Positions 26,856 to 36,455 of a stretch of DNA of 36,801 bases are shown piece after piece. The position numbers and the translations under genes are program-made. The notes beneath the pieces were generated by a model that saw only the letters and a list, made by a program, of their open reading frames with translations, had not been told where the DNA came from and did no database searches. The stretch lies in sequence record SRR2962707_2507. The stretch is one strand, 5' to 3'. How positions within the stretch are numbered: position 1 is the stretch's first letter; each line of letters starts with the position of its first letter.

Positions 26856-28517
26856 ATGGAAATAGCACTATCTCCTGAAATATCTGTCGATATCGGGCGC
26901 GGATGGTCGTCAGACATTGTTGGCGAGTTTAAGGTCTATGTTTCGGGGGCCTGTGAAGGGCTCAATGAAATATTGGAAACTCTCGACGGTAATCAGGGGA
27001 TTTCTGCCGAACATGTTTCTCGAATACTTAAAAAGGAGCATGGGTGTTTTGGCGTCGTTATTTTGGGGGCAGGTGTTTTCTTTGCTTCTGTCGATAAAAT
27101 CCGCTCATCACCAGTATATTATCTGATGGATGGGGGGCGTCTGGCCGCCATTTCGAACTCCGCACGACTTATCCAGCATTCTCATGGTCTTGTAGAGCAG
27201 AATGATTTCGGCACTTTGGAGTTCATGATGTCCGGGTACGTCTCCGGAAACCAGACTCTTTATAAGGGCTTGTATCAGCTCCAAGCTGGAGAGTGCATCA
27301 TTGGGGAACGTGATCAACTCGGGGAAAACTATTCGTTATCGCGATACTACCGGTATCTTCCAAAGCCACAGAAAGAATTTGATAGCGAGGCTGTTGTCGA
27401 GGAACTCGGTGCTATTTTGGATCGTTCAATTCAGCGAGCTATGGAACATGCCGGAGGTGATCCAATATGGGTGCCTCTCAGTGGGGGCTTGGACTCACGT
27501 TTAATTCTAGCGAAGCTCGTCGAGCATGGTTATCCGTCTCTGCAAAGTTTTAGCTATGGGATTAGGAATAACCAAGAAGTTCAGGTTGCAAGAGCGATGG
27601 CGAAGAAGTTAGGGGTCGATTGGATGCATTATCCAGCCCGCCCCAAACGCGCTCGCCGTCTGTATGAAAGCGATATGCGGCGCGACTACGACTGCTTCGC
27701 AGACGGTTTGTGCACGATGCCAAAGTACCTGGACTTTGAGGCGTTCCACCACTTGGTGTCCGAGAATGTAATTCCAAAACAGGCGGTCATCATCAATGGG
27801 CAGTCAGGTGATTTTATTACCGGCGGACATGTGCCTCAGAAATTGATGGCGCCGGAGGCGACGACAAGGGATTTACTGGATGCCGTTATCGATAAGCACT
27901 ATTCGCTATGGCCGAATTTAAATACAGATATCAAGAATAAGAAAGTTTCAGCCAAGATTCTTAGCTTGCTACCGGCTGTTGATGTAGGCTTGTCGAGCCA
28001 AGATAAACTCTGCGCTCAGTATGAAAGTTGGGAGTGGCAGGAGCGTCAGTGTAAGGCAGTGGTGAATGCGCAAAAAATTTATGAATTCTTCAATCTCAGG
28101 TGGTCGTTGCCGCTGTGGGATGGCGAATTGATGAACTTTTATGAAGCAGTTCCATATTCTTTCAAGTCGCGTCAGGCGCTTTATGTGGCGTATCTGAAAA
28201 AATACAATTTCAAGGGTGTGTTTGATACTTTACGTTTTCCTTCGTCAAGTTGGCCTCCTCATCGCCGATGGATACCGTGGTGCGCTCGCGCTATGGGGCT
28301 TCTTTTCGGAGCCGAACAGAAAGAAAAATTCTACAAGCGCATGTCATATTACAACAACTACGAAAATCAATACGCGTTGTTTGGGCGCAACTATTACTTA
28401 AAGAATTATAATGATGCGCGCGGGGTTACATCTTTTGCCGTCGATCATTGGCTAATTGAAAATAATTTTCCACGTCCGTCCGAGCCGAATGGTGTGGATT
28501 GTGATGATGGACTTTAA
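26856..28517 (+). CDS. Asparagine-synthetase-like ATP-dependent amide ligase (glycan modification) lacking the N-terminal catalytic Cys
   Basis: Ntn-like strands (VDKIRSSPVYY, TLYKGLYQLQAGE), PP-loop VPLSGGLDSRLI, FSYG, INGQSGDFITG, WEWQERQ, LPLWD. Confidence 0.85.
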   Translation: MEIALSPEISVDIGRGWSSDIVGEFKVYVSGACEGLNEILETLDGNQGISAEHVSRILKKEHGCFGVVILGAGVFFASVDKIRSSPVYYLMDGGRLAAISNSARLIQHSHGLVEQNDFGTLEFMMSGYVSGNQTLYKGLYQLQAGECIIGERDQLGENYSLSRYYRYLPKPQKEFDSEAVVEELGAILDRSIQRAMEHAGGDPIWVPLSGGLDSRLILAKLVEHGYPSLQSFSYGIRNNQEVQVARAMAKKLGVDWMHYPARPKRARRLYESDMRRDYDCFADGLCTMPKYLDFEAFHHLVSENVIPKQAVIINGQSGDFITGGHVPQKLMAPEATTRDLLDAVIDKHYSLWPNLNTDIKNKKVSAKILSLLPAVDVGLSSQDKLCAQYESWEWQERQCKAVVNAQKIYEFFNLRWSLPLWDGELMNFYEAVPYSFKSRQALYVAYLKKYNFKGVFDTLRFPSSSWPPHRRWIPWCARAMGLLFGAEQKEKFYKRMSYYNNYENQYALFGRNYYLKNYNDARGVTSFAVDHWLIENNFPRPSEPNGVDCDDGL

Positions 28518-29181
28518 GACGGTCGAATTTTTTGGGTTGTGTGGTGCGGGCAAGACAACGTTTCTTGATCAGTTGCCGCAGTTTCTGTCACCACAGGGGC
28601 GTGAACTTCTGCTCCAGCGATTTGAGGCTCCTGTTGGGCGCAGTGCAAGTTTTCACTCCTATAGTGTTTTGCTGCAAACGGCGATCAGGTCCCCTATCGA
28701 CACATTTAGGTTGTTGGCCCTCGACAGTGGTGGGCTCAGTTTGTTTCAGAAAATCGGCTACCGATTAGCCGGTCTTGCTGGAAACAAGGAGGGCGGAACC
28801 CGTGTGCTTATTGATAGCGGCGTTATTCAGCCGTTGATTACTTATCTTGTAGAAGATCAGAAAGGAGGGTATCCCTTGCCTGTTGCTGCTCTGTTAGAAG
28901 CATTGCCGATTCCTCGCCTGGCTGTTTACTTTACCGTTAGCCCTGAAGCAGCAATGAAAAGATATGTTGAACGTGAAGCCCAAGATCTTGCTCGGCCGCG
29001 CAGGCGTAATTACGGTGGAGAGGATTTTATTGAGCGATTTAACAAAGGGTTGATTTTATGTGAAACTTTGGCGGCGTCTTTGCAAGAGCAAAACGTCCGT
29101 TTAATCAAAGTGGATCTTTCCCATGATTTTAGAGAGTGTGATTTCGTCTCGTTGGCTGAAGAAATTGACGCGATCATTTAG
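28504..29181 (+). CDS. P-loop kinase (nucleoside-monophosphate/thymidylate-kinase-like fold)
   Basis: VEFFGLCGAGKTT Walker A, LIDSG, lid-like VYFTVSPEAAMKRYVER. The ORF is open from 28456; ATG 28504 or 28507 overlaps the upstream gene end. Confidence 0.75.
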   Translation: MMDFKTVEFFGLCGAGKTTFLDQLPQFLSPQGRELLLQRFEAPVGRSASFHSYSVLLQTAIRSPIDTFRLLALDSGGLSLFQKIGYRLAGLAGNKEGGTRVLIDSGVIQPLITYLVEDQKGGYPLPVAALLEALPIPRLAVYFTVSPEAAMKRYVEREAQDLARPRRRNYGGEDFIERFNKGLILCETLAASLQEQNVRLIKVDLSHDFRECDFVSLAEEIDAII

Positions 29182-29218
29182 TTTAATATGCGATATTTGT
29201 GAATTGGTGGAAGAAAGA

Positions 29219-29932
29219 ATGATGTTATCCGCAATAAAACGGTGGGCGCGGAAGTGCATTTATGTTTTGGACAAGACTTTTTTGTCGTTAAAACTATTTC
29301 TACTTAGAAATATGGGGGGTATTCATAAATATCAGGCCAACCCATTTAATAAGACCGATGGAAATATTTCGGGACGGCATTGCGGCGACCGATTTGCGGA
29401 GTTTAACAGCAGAATACCAGAGGGGCTGGCGCCCTCAGTCTTGGATATCGGCTGTAATGAAGGTTATTTTACCTTCAAAATGGCTGAGCGTGGAGGTGTT
29501 TGTATCGGTATTGATTGGGGAGCCGATCAGATAAATAATGCGAAGGATTTAGCAAAGCACCATAACGTTCCAAATGCTTTGTTTGCGCGGATGGATATTA
29601 ATGAACAAACGATCTCGGGGTTGCCTGGTGTCGATTTGGTCATCTGCATGTCGATTTTTCATCATTGGGCGCGGAAAGACGGCGAAGCTGCAGCGCGATC
29701 AATTTTGCAAAAACTCTGTGCGAAGGCAACCTGTTATTTAGTTTTTGAGACCGGACAACCTGATGAGAAAAAGGCAGATTGGGCTGATAGAGTATCGTTT
29801 ATGGGGGGGGACCATGAGGAATACGTAAAGTCAATGCTTCAAGAGTTTGGATTCAAGAGCGTAACTTCTTTGGGGCTGTTTGGCACGACAGTGTCCGATG
29901 AGCCAAGAATTCTATATTTTGCTGAAAAGTAA
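29219..29932 (+). CDS. Class I SAM-dependent methyltransferase, resembling the WbdD-type MTase domain
   Basis: YQ..P, VLDIGCNEGYFTFKMAERGG..IGID, DLVICMSIFHHW, LVFETG, R.LYF. The ORF is open from 29123. Confidence 0.85.
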   Translation: MMLSAIKRWARKCIYVLDKTFLSLKLFLLRNMGGIHKYQANPFNKTDGNISGRHCGDRFAEFNSRIPEGLAPSVLDIGCNEGYFTFKMAERGGVCIGIDWGADQINNAKDLAKHHNVPNALFARMDINEQTISGLPGVDLVICMSIFHHWARKDGEAAARSILQKLCAKATCYLVFETGQPDEKKADWADRVSFMGGDHEEYVKSMLQEFGFKSVTSLGLFGTTVSDEPRILYFAEK

Positions 29933-29961
29933 AATGCGGATCGAAGTGGCTGAATGTTCTG

Positions 29962-31110
29962 ATGCGCAAGGTTATTAAAGTTCTCTATCCGTTTGTCGGT
30001 GATACCGTGGGCGGTAGCCATATTTCTACGCTGGCTTTGATACGTGGCTTGGACCGTGAGCGGTTCGAGCCTGTCATTTTGCTCCACGTGGATGGACCAT
30101 TGGGCGCGGTAATGCGAGAACAGAATGTGCCCTATACAGTGTGTGGCGACGTGTCGGTTATTTGCCGCGATAGCATTGGAAAAGAGCTTTCAAACATGGT
30201 TCGTGTTGCCGTGCCTGTATGTCGGCTTCTGCGGCGTTTGGATGTGGATGTTGTGCACACGAATGACCAAAGAATGCATTTGACGTGGGGGCTCGGTGCT
30301 CGTTTGGCGGGCTGCGGATTTGTTTGGCATCAGAGGACTGGCGATGATTCCCGACGAAATGCAGTATACTCAAAGTTGGCGCACAAGGTTCTTACGATAT
30401 CAGACTACTGCAAGTCGATTATGCCAACGGGCATGAGAAGGCGTGCGGAAGTTTTGTATAATCCATTCGAGGTGGAAGATCACCGAAACGCTCGAAATCT
30501 CGCACGAGCACGGTTAGCGGCAGAACTTGTTCCTTCTTCAGGTGGGGCCAAAGACGAAGTGGCAATTGTTGGTTTTGTTGGCAACTTGCAGGATCAGAAG
30601 CGACCTCTGGTTTTCTTGGAGGTTGCGCGACGGGTTGCCGCAGCCCGCGCTGGCGTGGCGGTTTTCCCCATGTTTGGCGAAAAGCGTCCGGAAGTTCTTG
30701 CGCGGGTTAAGGATCGGATCTCGATGCTGGGACTAGATGATAGGGTGATGTTGATGGGGCAGCGTGTGCCAATTACACCCTGGATTTCCGGATGTGATGT
30801 TATCGTTGCGCCAGCAATCAATGAGGGGTTCGGACGCGTTCTCGTAGAATCCATGATGGCCGGGGTGCCGGTTGTCGCTTCTGATCACAGCGGGCACCGC
30901 GAGATTATCAAATCCGGGGAAACCGGGTTTTTGGGACAGGCGGAAGATCCCGAAGATATGGCCAGTTACGTGCTGAAACTCTTGAGTGATGCGGAGCTTT
31001 CTGCTGCGATTTCCAGCGCGGCACACGCGGCCGTGTGTCAGCAGTTTTCTTCGGAAGTTCATGTAGGTCGAATGGTTCAAATTTATTCTGATTTGGGCTC
31101 TATCGTATGA
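29962..31110 (+). CDS. GT4 glycosyltransferase
   Basis: VGGSHIS, VVHTND, FVGNLQDQKRP, EGFGRVLVESMMAGVPVVAS (EX7E), ETGFL. Confidence 0.92.
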   Translation: MRKVIKVLYPFVGDTVGGSHISTLALIRGLDRERFEPVILLHVDGPLGAVMREQNVPYTVCGDVSVICRDSIGKELSNMVRVAVPVCRLLRRLDVDVVHTNDQRMHLTWGLGARLAGCGFVWHQRTGDDSRRNAVYSKLAHKVLTISDYCKSIMPTGMRRRAEVLYNPFEVEDHRNARNLARARLAAELVPSSGGAKDEVAIVGFVGNLQDQKRPLVFLEVARRVAAARAGVAVFPMFGEKRPEVLARVKDRISMLGLDDRVMLMGQRVPITPWISGCDVIVAPAINEGFGRVLVESMMAGVPVVASDHSGHREIIKSGETGFLGQAEDPEDMASYVLKLLSDAELSAAISSAAHAAVCQQFSSEVHVGRMVQIYSDLGSIV

Positions 31111-32213
31111 AACATGAACAGGCATACGATCTGGCTTTGGTGATCAGTGATTTGGGGGCAGGAGGCGCGCAGCGTGTTCTTGTAACGCTTGCTAATGAAT
31201 GGTCGCGAACTGGCCGGTCGGTTGTCGTCATTACATTTAGTTCTCCTGAAAGTGATTTCTTTACGTTAAGTGACTCTGTCACGCGCAAATCGTTGAATGT
31301 TGTGGGGGCAACAAACGGATTTTGGGGGGCGATAACGGCAAATGTTAAACGTGTTCTTGTTTTGCGGAGATGTTTGATTGATCTCCGCCCCAGCAGTGCG
31401 CTGGGCTTTATTGCTGCTACAAATGTGCTTTTGATTTTGGCCACAATCGGTTTGAGACTGCGGGTTATCATCTCCGAGCGGAATGACCCGGCAAAGCAAT
31501 CCCTTGGGCGATTTTGGGGGAGGCTGCGCCGGCATTTTTATCGCTACGCAGATGTTGTAACAGCCAATTCCGTAGCGGCACTTGATGCTCTTTCAGAATA
31601 TGTGCCAAAGCAAAAGCTGGCAATGGTAAAGAACCCTGTTTTAGTTTCAGTAGATGACCTACCTGCAAAGCCGGAGACAGAGGGCCGCATATTACTCGCT
31701 GTTGGGCGGCTTTACCCTCAAAAGGGGTACGATGTTCTGTTGCCGGCGTTTGCATCGTCTCTCTTAGCTCGTGATGGCTGGAAACTCAGGGTTTTAGGTG
31801 AAGGCCCGCTTCGTGCAAGTTTGGAAGAACTGTCTGGTAAGCTGGGGATATCTGGCGATGTTGAATGGTTGGGGATGAAAGCAGATCCGCTCCCTGAATA
31901 CAGAGCAGCAGATGTTTTTGTGCTGGCGTCTCGTTTTGAGGGTACGCCGAATGCGCTTCTGGAAGCTATGAGTTTTGGTATTCCTGTTGTTGTTACTGAT
32001 GCATTGCCGGGAGCTCTTGACTTTGTAACACATGGAGAGACGGGGTTGGTGGTTAAGGTGGAAGACCCCGACGAGTTAGAAAAAGCTTTAACTTCGTTGG
32101 CCAATGATGCCCAATTGCGTATGCAATTGGGAGTAAATGGGCGTGAACGTGTTGCAGAAAATTCCCTTGATAACGTTTTACACGAATGGGAACGCATTCT
32201 TGGATGGGTATAG
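31107..32213 (+). CDS. GT4 glycosyltransferase (PglJ/PglH-like)
   Basis: LGAGGAQRV, IISERNDP, AVGRLYPQKGYD, ASRFEGTPNALLEAMSFGIP. Confidence 0.92.
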   Translation: MKHEQAYDLALVISDLGAGGAQRVLVTLANEWSRTGRSVVVITFSSPESDFFTLSDSVTRKSLNVVGATNGFWGAITANVKRVLVLRRCLIDLRPSSALGFIAATNVLLILATIGLRLRVIISERNDPAKQSLGRFWGRLRRHFYRYADVVTANSVAALDALSEYVPKQKLAMVKNPVLVSVDDLPAKPETEGRILLAVGRLYPQKGYDVLLPAFASSLLARDGWKLRVLGEGPLRASLEELSGKLGISGDVEWLGMKADPLPEYRAADVFVLASRFEGTPNALLEAMSFGIPVVVTDALPGALDFVTHGETGLVVKVEDPDELEKALTSLANDAQLRMQLGVNGRERVAENSLDNVLHEWERILGWV

Positions 32214-32232
32214 GAACTGAGAAGTAATTTTT

Positions 32233-33399
32233 ATGAAGAAGATCAATATTTTTGCCAGCAAAAATGCGATTACAACTTATACATTGGCTCCTATCAGGCT
32301 TAATAAGCGTAGATTGTATGATCGTGGATATCGCGTAAATATTTTTTACAAGATGAAACCGGAATTGTTGGATTGTGATGTCTTGTGCCTGGTATCAAAG
32401 CCAACCCACATGGCGCTCGGTGGTCACGGGCCGCTATATCAAGAAGATGGCGAGATCATAAAGTTCCTGCTTGAAGCGCGTAAGACTGCTGGGCGAATTG
32501 TTTGGATGGACGATTCCGACAGCACCAGTGTGACGCACTTTGAATTACTGCCATACATCGATTTATATTTGAAAAAACAAATATTAAAAGACAAGAACCT
32601 ATATAAAAGTCCCTACTACGGTGGGAGAATATTTAGTGATTACTATCACAGAAATTTCAAAGTCTGTGATGATATCGTTTTTGATCAGTTTTACCCATTA
32701 AATGAATCTGATTGGGATAAAGTCAAAGTCTCGTGGAACATTGGCCTTGGCGATATGAGGAATGCATTTACATGGCGAACGCCAGTGCAAAGAATGTTTC
32801 CTGACTATTTCTTGCCCAGTCCTGATGTTAAGTTTGTATCACCATCTCAGGATCGACCTGTCGATCTATTTTTGAGGACGTCCGCTAATTTGTCTCGCAA
32901 GTCAATTGCATTTCATCGACAAGAGATGTTGCGGCGGTTGGATGCTATTCTTACTCAGTCGACAAAGTTTTCCGGTATGGTGGGGAATACAGTTCAGCGA
33001 AGAACTAAGGTCGCCGAGAAGCATTTGCCTGAGATTGGCGGGCGGCTTTCAATGGCTACTTATCGCGACATTGTGGCACATACCAAGATAGCGCCCAGCC
33101 CTTTCGGTTGGGGGGAGATTGGAGTAAGGGACTACGAAGCCTTCATCTACGGAGCACTACTCCTAAAACCAGACGTTTCGCATATGGCGACTTGGCCCGA
33201 TATTTTTGTTGAGGATGAAACTTATGTTCCGGTGGATTGGTCTTTTGATAATCTTGGCGAGCGCATAGACGAACTGGTGTCAAATTCAACCAAGCGCTTG
33301 CGCATTTCGCGCAATGGTCAGGATGCCTATCGAGAATCAATATCCATGTCCGGGATGGAGAAGTTTTGTGATTGGTTCCTTCGGCAGATAGGGGAATAG
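32233..33399 (+). CDS. Putative glycosyltransferase (Glyco_trans_1_2/exostosin-like C-terminus)
   Basis: DDSDST, LYLKKQ, YRDIVAHTKIAPSPFGWGEIGVRDYEAFIYGALLLKPD, ETYVP, ISRNGQ. Confidence 0.72.
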   Translation: MKKINIFASKNAITTYTLAPIRLNKRRLYDRGYRVNIFYKMKPELLDCDVLCLVSKPTHMALGGHGPLYQEDGEIIKFLLEARKTAGRIVWMDDSDSTSVTHFELLPYIDLYLKKQILKDKNLYKSPYYGGRIFSDYYHRNFKVCDDIVFDQFYPLNESDWDKVKVSWNIGLGDMRNAFTWRTPVQRMFPDYFLPSPDVKFVSPSQDRPVDLFLRTSANLSRKSIAFHRQEMLRRLDAILTQSTKFSGMVGNTVQRRTKVAEKHLPEIGGRLSMATYRDIVAHTKIAPSPFGWGEIGVRDYEAFIYGALLLKPDVSHMATWPDIFVEDETYVPVDWSFDNLGERIDELVSNSTKRLRISRNGQDAYRESISMSGMEKFCDWFLRQIGE

Positions 33400-33401
33400 A
33401 G

Positions 33402-34109
33402 GTGCTAGAGCGGAACAAGATTGTCGAAGATCACTTTGATAAGGTGATTGGAGAAAAGGCTCGTCTTAAATATTCATTTGACCCTAGTTCAATGAGTTTG
33501 AAGGACCGTTGTATCATGAGGCTCTTGAAACAGAATGGTCTCGATGGAAAAGCTTGTTTGGATATCGGTCCTGGAACAGGGCGCTGGCTTGACTTCATGA
33601 GGCAATGTGGTGCGCATCATTTGAGTGCAGTTGACATCTCAAGCGCAGTTTTGGACCGGTGTGCAGAGTTATGCGATCAAATTCAGAAATGTGACTTGGA
33701 AAAAGATCCACTGTTGCTGGATACTGATTCAGTTGATGTGGTGGTAGCGATTGAAGTGTTGGAACACTTGCAGAATCCATCAGTGTTTTTATCAGAAATA
33801 GTTCGTGTAACCAAACCCGGTGGAACGGTCCTTATGACGTTGCCAAATGTTACGTCATTTATATCGCGAATACGTATGGTTTTGGGGATGCTTCCTGTGG
33901 TCATGGTATCCGACCCTACGCATGTGGGATTTTATCGCCAAAAGGATCTAATGTCATTGATGGCTCCTTTTGGGCTGGTCCCAGAATTTCATGCAACTTC
34001 GTTTTCTTTAAACCCTATGAAGCCGAAAAGTCGTATTCGACTGCCCTCTTTTGGTAAATTGTCAAATTTGGATGATAGTCATATCTTGACCATACGCGTG
34101 CCAAGGTAA
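33402..34109 (+). CDS. Class I SAM-dependent methyltransferase
   Basis: CLDIGPGTG, AVDIS, CDLE, DVVVAIEVLEHL.NP, RVTKPGGTVLMTLPN. The ORF is open from 33372; GTG 33402 lies after the upstream stop. Confidence 0.9.
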   Translation: MLERNKIVEDHFDKVIGEKARLKYSFDPSSMSLKDRCIMRLLKQNGLDGKACLDIGPGTGRWLDFMRQCGAHHLSAVDISSAVLDRCAELCDQIQKCDLEKDPLLLDTDSVDVVVAIEVLEHLQNPSVFLSEIVRVTKPGGTVLMTLPNVTSFISRIRMVLGMLPVVMVSDPTHVGFYRQKDLMSLMAPFGLVPEFHATSFSLNPMKPKSRIRLPSFGKLSNLDDSHILTIRVPR

Positions 34110-34176
34110 GATCATTTTTGGGGTAAGCAGAGGGCGCGTCCAAGGTGCTGTTGATGCCGAGGTGTAGGAATTACTT

Positions 34177-35370
34177 TTGGTTCGTGTACTATATATTATA
34201 GGAAGTATGAATATAGGGGGGGCTGAGCGTCATCTGTCGCAAGTTCTGCCCCGGTTGCGGCGCAATGGTGTGTCGCCCACTATTTATACTATTAGTGCTA
34301 GGGGGCAATTGGCCCCGCTATTAGAAAAGGCAGGAGTGCCGGTCATATCTCCACCCTTTTCCGAGCTGTTACATTCATGGCCGCGCTTGATTGGGCGCCC
34401 TCTTCTTATGATAAGCTCAGCTTTGCGTCTCTTTCTGTTAATGCGAGCATATCGGCCGGATATAGTTCATTTCTTCCTTCCGCAAGCCTATGTTTTCGGT
34501 GGGATCATTAATTTATTGGCAGGACGAGCTTCTTGTATTATGAGCCGTCGAAGCCTTAACAACTACCAAAAGTCACGGCCCGTATTTGCGAGGATGGAAA
34601 AATTTTTGCATCGCTACTTAGATGCGGCATTAGGTAACTCTCAAGCGGTTTTGGAGCAGCTATCATCCGAAGGGATTGACCAGTCTCGCTTAGGTTTGAT
34701 TTACAATGGACTTGACTTGGAGATTTTTGGAGAGGCCTCCAGTGCTAAGTCGACCCGTGTAGGGCTGGGTATAGCAGATGACGCATTAGTCCTCATTAAG
34801 GTAGCCAACCTTATATCCTATAAGGGGCATTCCGATTTGTTGCTTGCTTTGTCTATGATCAAGAATCAACTGCCGCACGATTGGCATTTGTTTTGTGTTG
34901 GGCGCGATGATGGTATTGGTCTTAGACTACAGGCCGAGGCCCGCGAATTGGGAATTGCCGACAATATATTATGGTTGGGGCAACGTTTCGATACAGCAGA
35001 CTTGTTTGCGGCTAGTGATATTGGGTTGTTGGTTTCACATGAAGAAGGTTTTTCTAACAGTATTCTCGAGGGTATGGCGGCTGCAGTGCCGATGATTGTT
35101 ACGGATGCTGGTGGAAACTCAGAGGCAGTTGATTATGATCGGTGCGGCGTCATTGTGCCAGTAAAAGACAGCGCTTGCTTGGCGAGAGAAATACTTTGTC
35201 TGTCCGGCGATCGATACTTACGTCGAGAAATAGGAAAGGCAGGGCAGATGAGAGTCAAAAATTTTTTCAATATTGATCGCTGCATTCTTGAATATTGCTG
35301 TTTGTACCATAGTATTGCGTCTGGGAAAAAACAGAATATTCGTGACGCTATAAGGGGTGGAACTCATTAA
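34177..35370 (+). CDS. GT4 glycosyltransferase
   Basis: IGGAERHL, IYNGLD, VANLISYKGH, EEGFSNSILEGMAAAVP..TDAGGNSE. Confidence 0.92.
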   Translation: MVRVLYIIGSMNIGGAERHLSQVLPRLRRNGVSPTIYTISARGQLAPLLEKAGVPVISPPFSELLHSWPRLIGRPLLMISSALRLFLLMRAYRPDIVHFFLPQAYVFGGIINLLAGRASCIMSRRSLNNYQKSRPVFARMEKFLHRYLDAALGNSQAVLEQLSSEGIDQSRLGLIYNGLDLEIFGEASSAKSTRVGLGIADDALVLIKVANLISYKGHSDLLLALSMIKNQLPHDWHLFCVGRDDGIGLRLQAEARELGIADNILWLGQRFDTADLFAASDIGLLVSHEEGFSNSILEGMAAAVPMIVTDAGGNSEAVDYDRCGVIVPVKDSACLAREILCLSGDRYLRREIGKAGQMRVKNFFNIDRCILEYCCLYHSIASGKKQNIRDAIRGGTH

Positions 35371-35929
35371 TGCTTAAGTGGCTTGCTGGTTGGGAGGCGT
35401 TCACAGGCGTTTCGGATTGTAAAGAGCCGTTTTGGACTCTTTGATGATCAATAATGGTCTCATCAAACCAATCTTGGCCTCCCGTGCAGCGGGAAGGAGG
35501 AAGAAAGACGGGCTGTATATTATCAGCGGCATCATTCGACTTCCACAATTAGGTCGTCGCTTGGACGAATTTCCCTCGGGATTGCTGTGCGCGGACAACA
35601 TTTTGCAATTGTTACAGCCTTTGGTTTTTGAAAGGATATCTTGCAGTATCTTTTCGCATAGCCGAAAGCTTCACTGGTATTGGTCCTTGATGGAATTTGC
35701 TTTGGTAGTACGGGTATCATGTTGCACCGCTGTGCAAAAGAGATGAAAGGGGGGCTTATGCTCAGGTAATTGGCCGCACAAAAGGCCGGCGCAATACCAA
35801 GGCAGACCGAGTACAACATTACCTCCTTGCAGAACAGCATTAACCATGCTCGCACGTAAACCTGATCAAAAACCTTCGGCGTAGATGCTGGGCTTCTCAT
35901 CCAATCTCTAGCCTGAATTACAGCGAGAT

Positions 35930-36400
35930 TGAGAATGATCCGCCGACGTCAAGCCAAAGATTGACCGCACTGATTCGGCCAAGGATCTGACAGTCATCTT
36001 CCAGATGCATTTACGACCAATTTCAACAAAACCGCGAAAGCGTTCCTGTGACTCGATCAAAATATCAGAACCCTGGCGGTGCGTTTTGATCCAAACCCTT
36101 CCCTCGCCAAAATGTTGTGATTACCAATGCGGATGAGTCCGTCTGTCGTAGTGATGGCCGTGCCTGCATAAAAGACGTTGTAATAGCCAGCGCAAAGTAT
36201 CTCCGGTGCGCCTGCGGCAGTGTTGGGACAAAACAAAACACCTTCCCCACACCAATAACGGCATCGACCCAAATCAAAGTCGAGAACGGATCGAGGATTA
36301 CATTGCCTTGACCCACCAGCACCATGGTTTGCGGGATGGTTCGGCACTTGCGATCCCGACGTGGGCTATCAAGCATGTCAAAAACGACGTCGCGTATCAT
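35930..36400 (-). pseudogene. Frameshifted remnant of a left-handed beta-helix (hexapeptide-like) protein
   Basis: Four segments separated by three frame changes join into one coherent sequence: GNVILDPFSTLI..DAVIGVGKVF / YNVFYAGT..TDGLIRIGNHN / FGEG..IKTHRQGSDILI / CQILGRISAVNLWL. It has IG-x-x-N-x-F repeats. The family is recalled from memory only. Confidence 0.55.
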
Positions 36401-36455
36401 GGTGGCTATGGTGTTGTTTATGTGTCTGTGGAATACACAATGAACTAATCAGGTT

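Larger units (their letters stand above)
1099..35370 (+). other. Lower-GC surface-glycan biosynthesis island (nonulosonic-acid-containing glycan)
   Basis: 33 co-oriented, mostly overlapping or abutting glycan genes. Their AT-richer, T-ending codons contrast with the flanking GC-rich host genes. Confidence 0.9.

Noticed and set aside
241-33904. Many short antisense and alternate-frame ORFs in the track, such as 31718-32197, 22176-22631 and 9432-9839
   Set aside because: They overlap well-supported genes and show no motifs. They are most likely shadow ORFs.
35432-35900. ORFs 35432-35746 (+) and 35532-35900 (-)
   Set aside because: They have no recognisable motifs, atypical composition and no well-spaced RBS.
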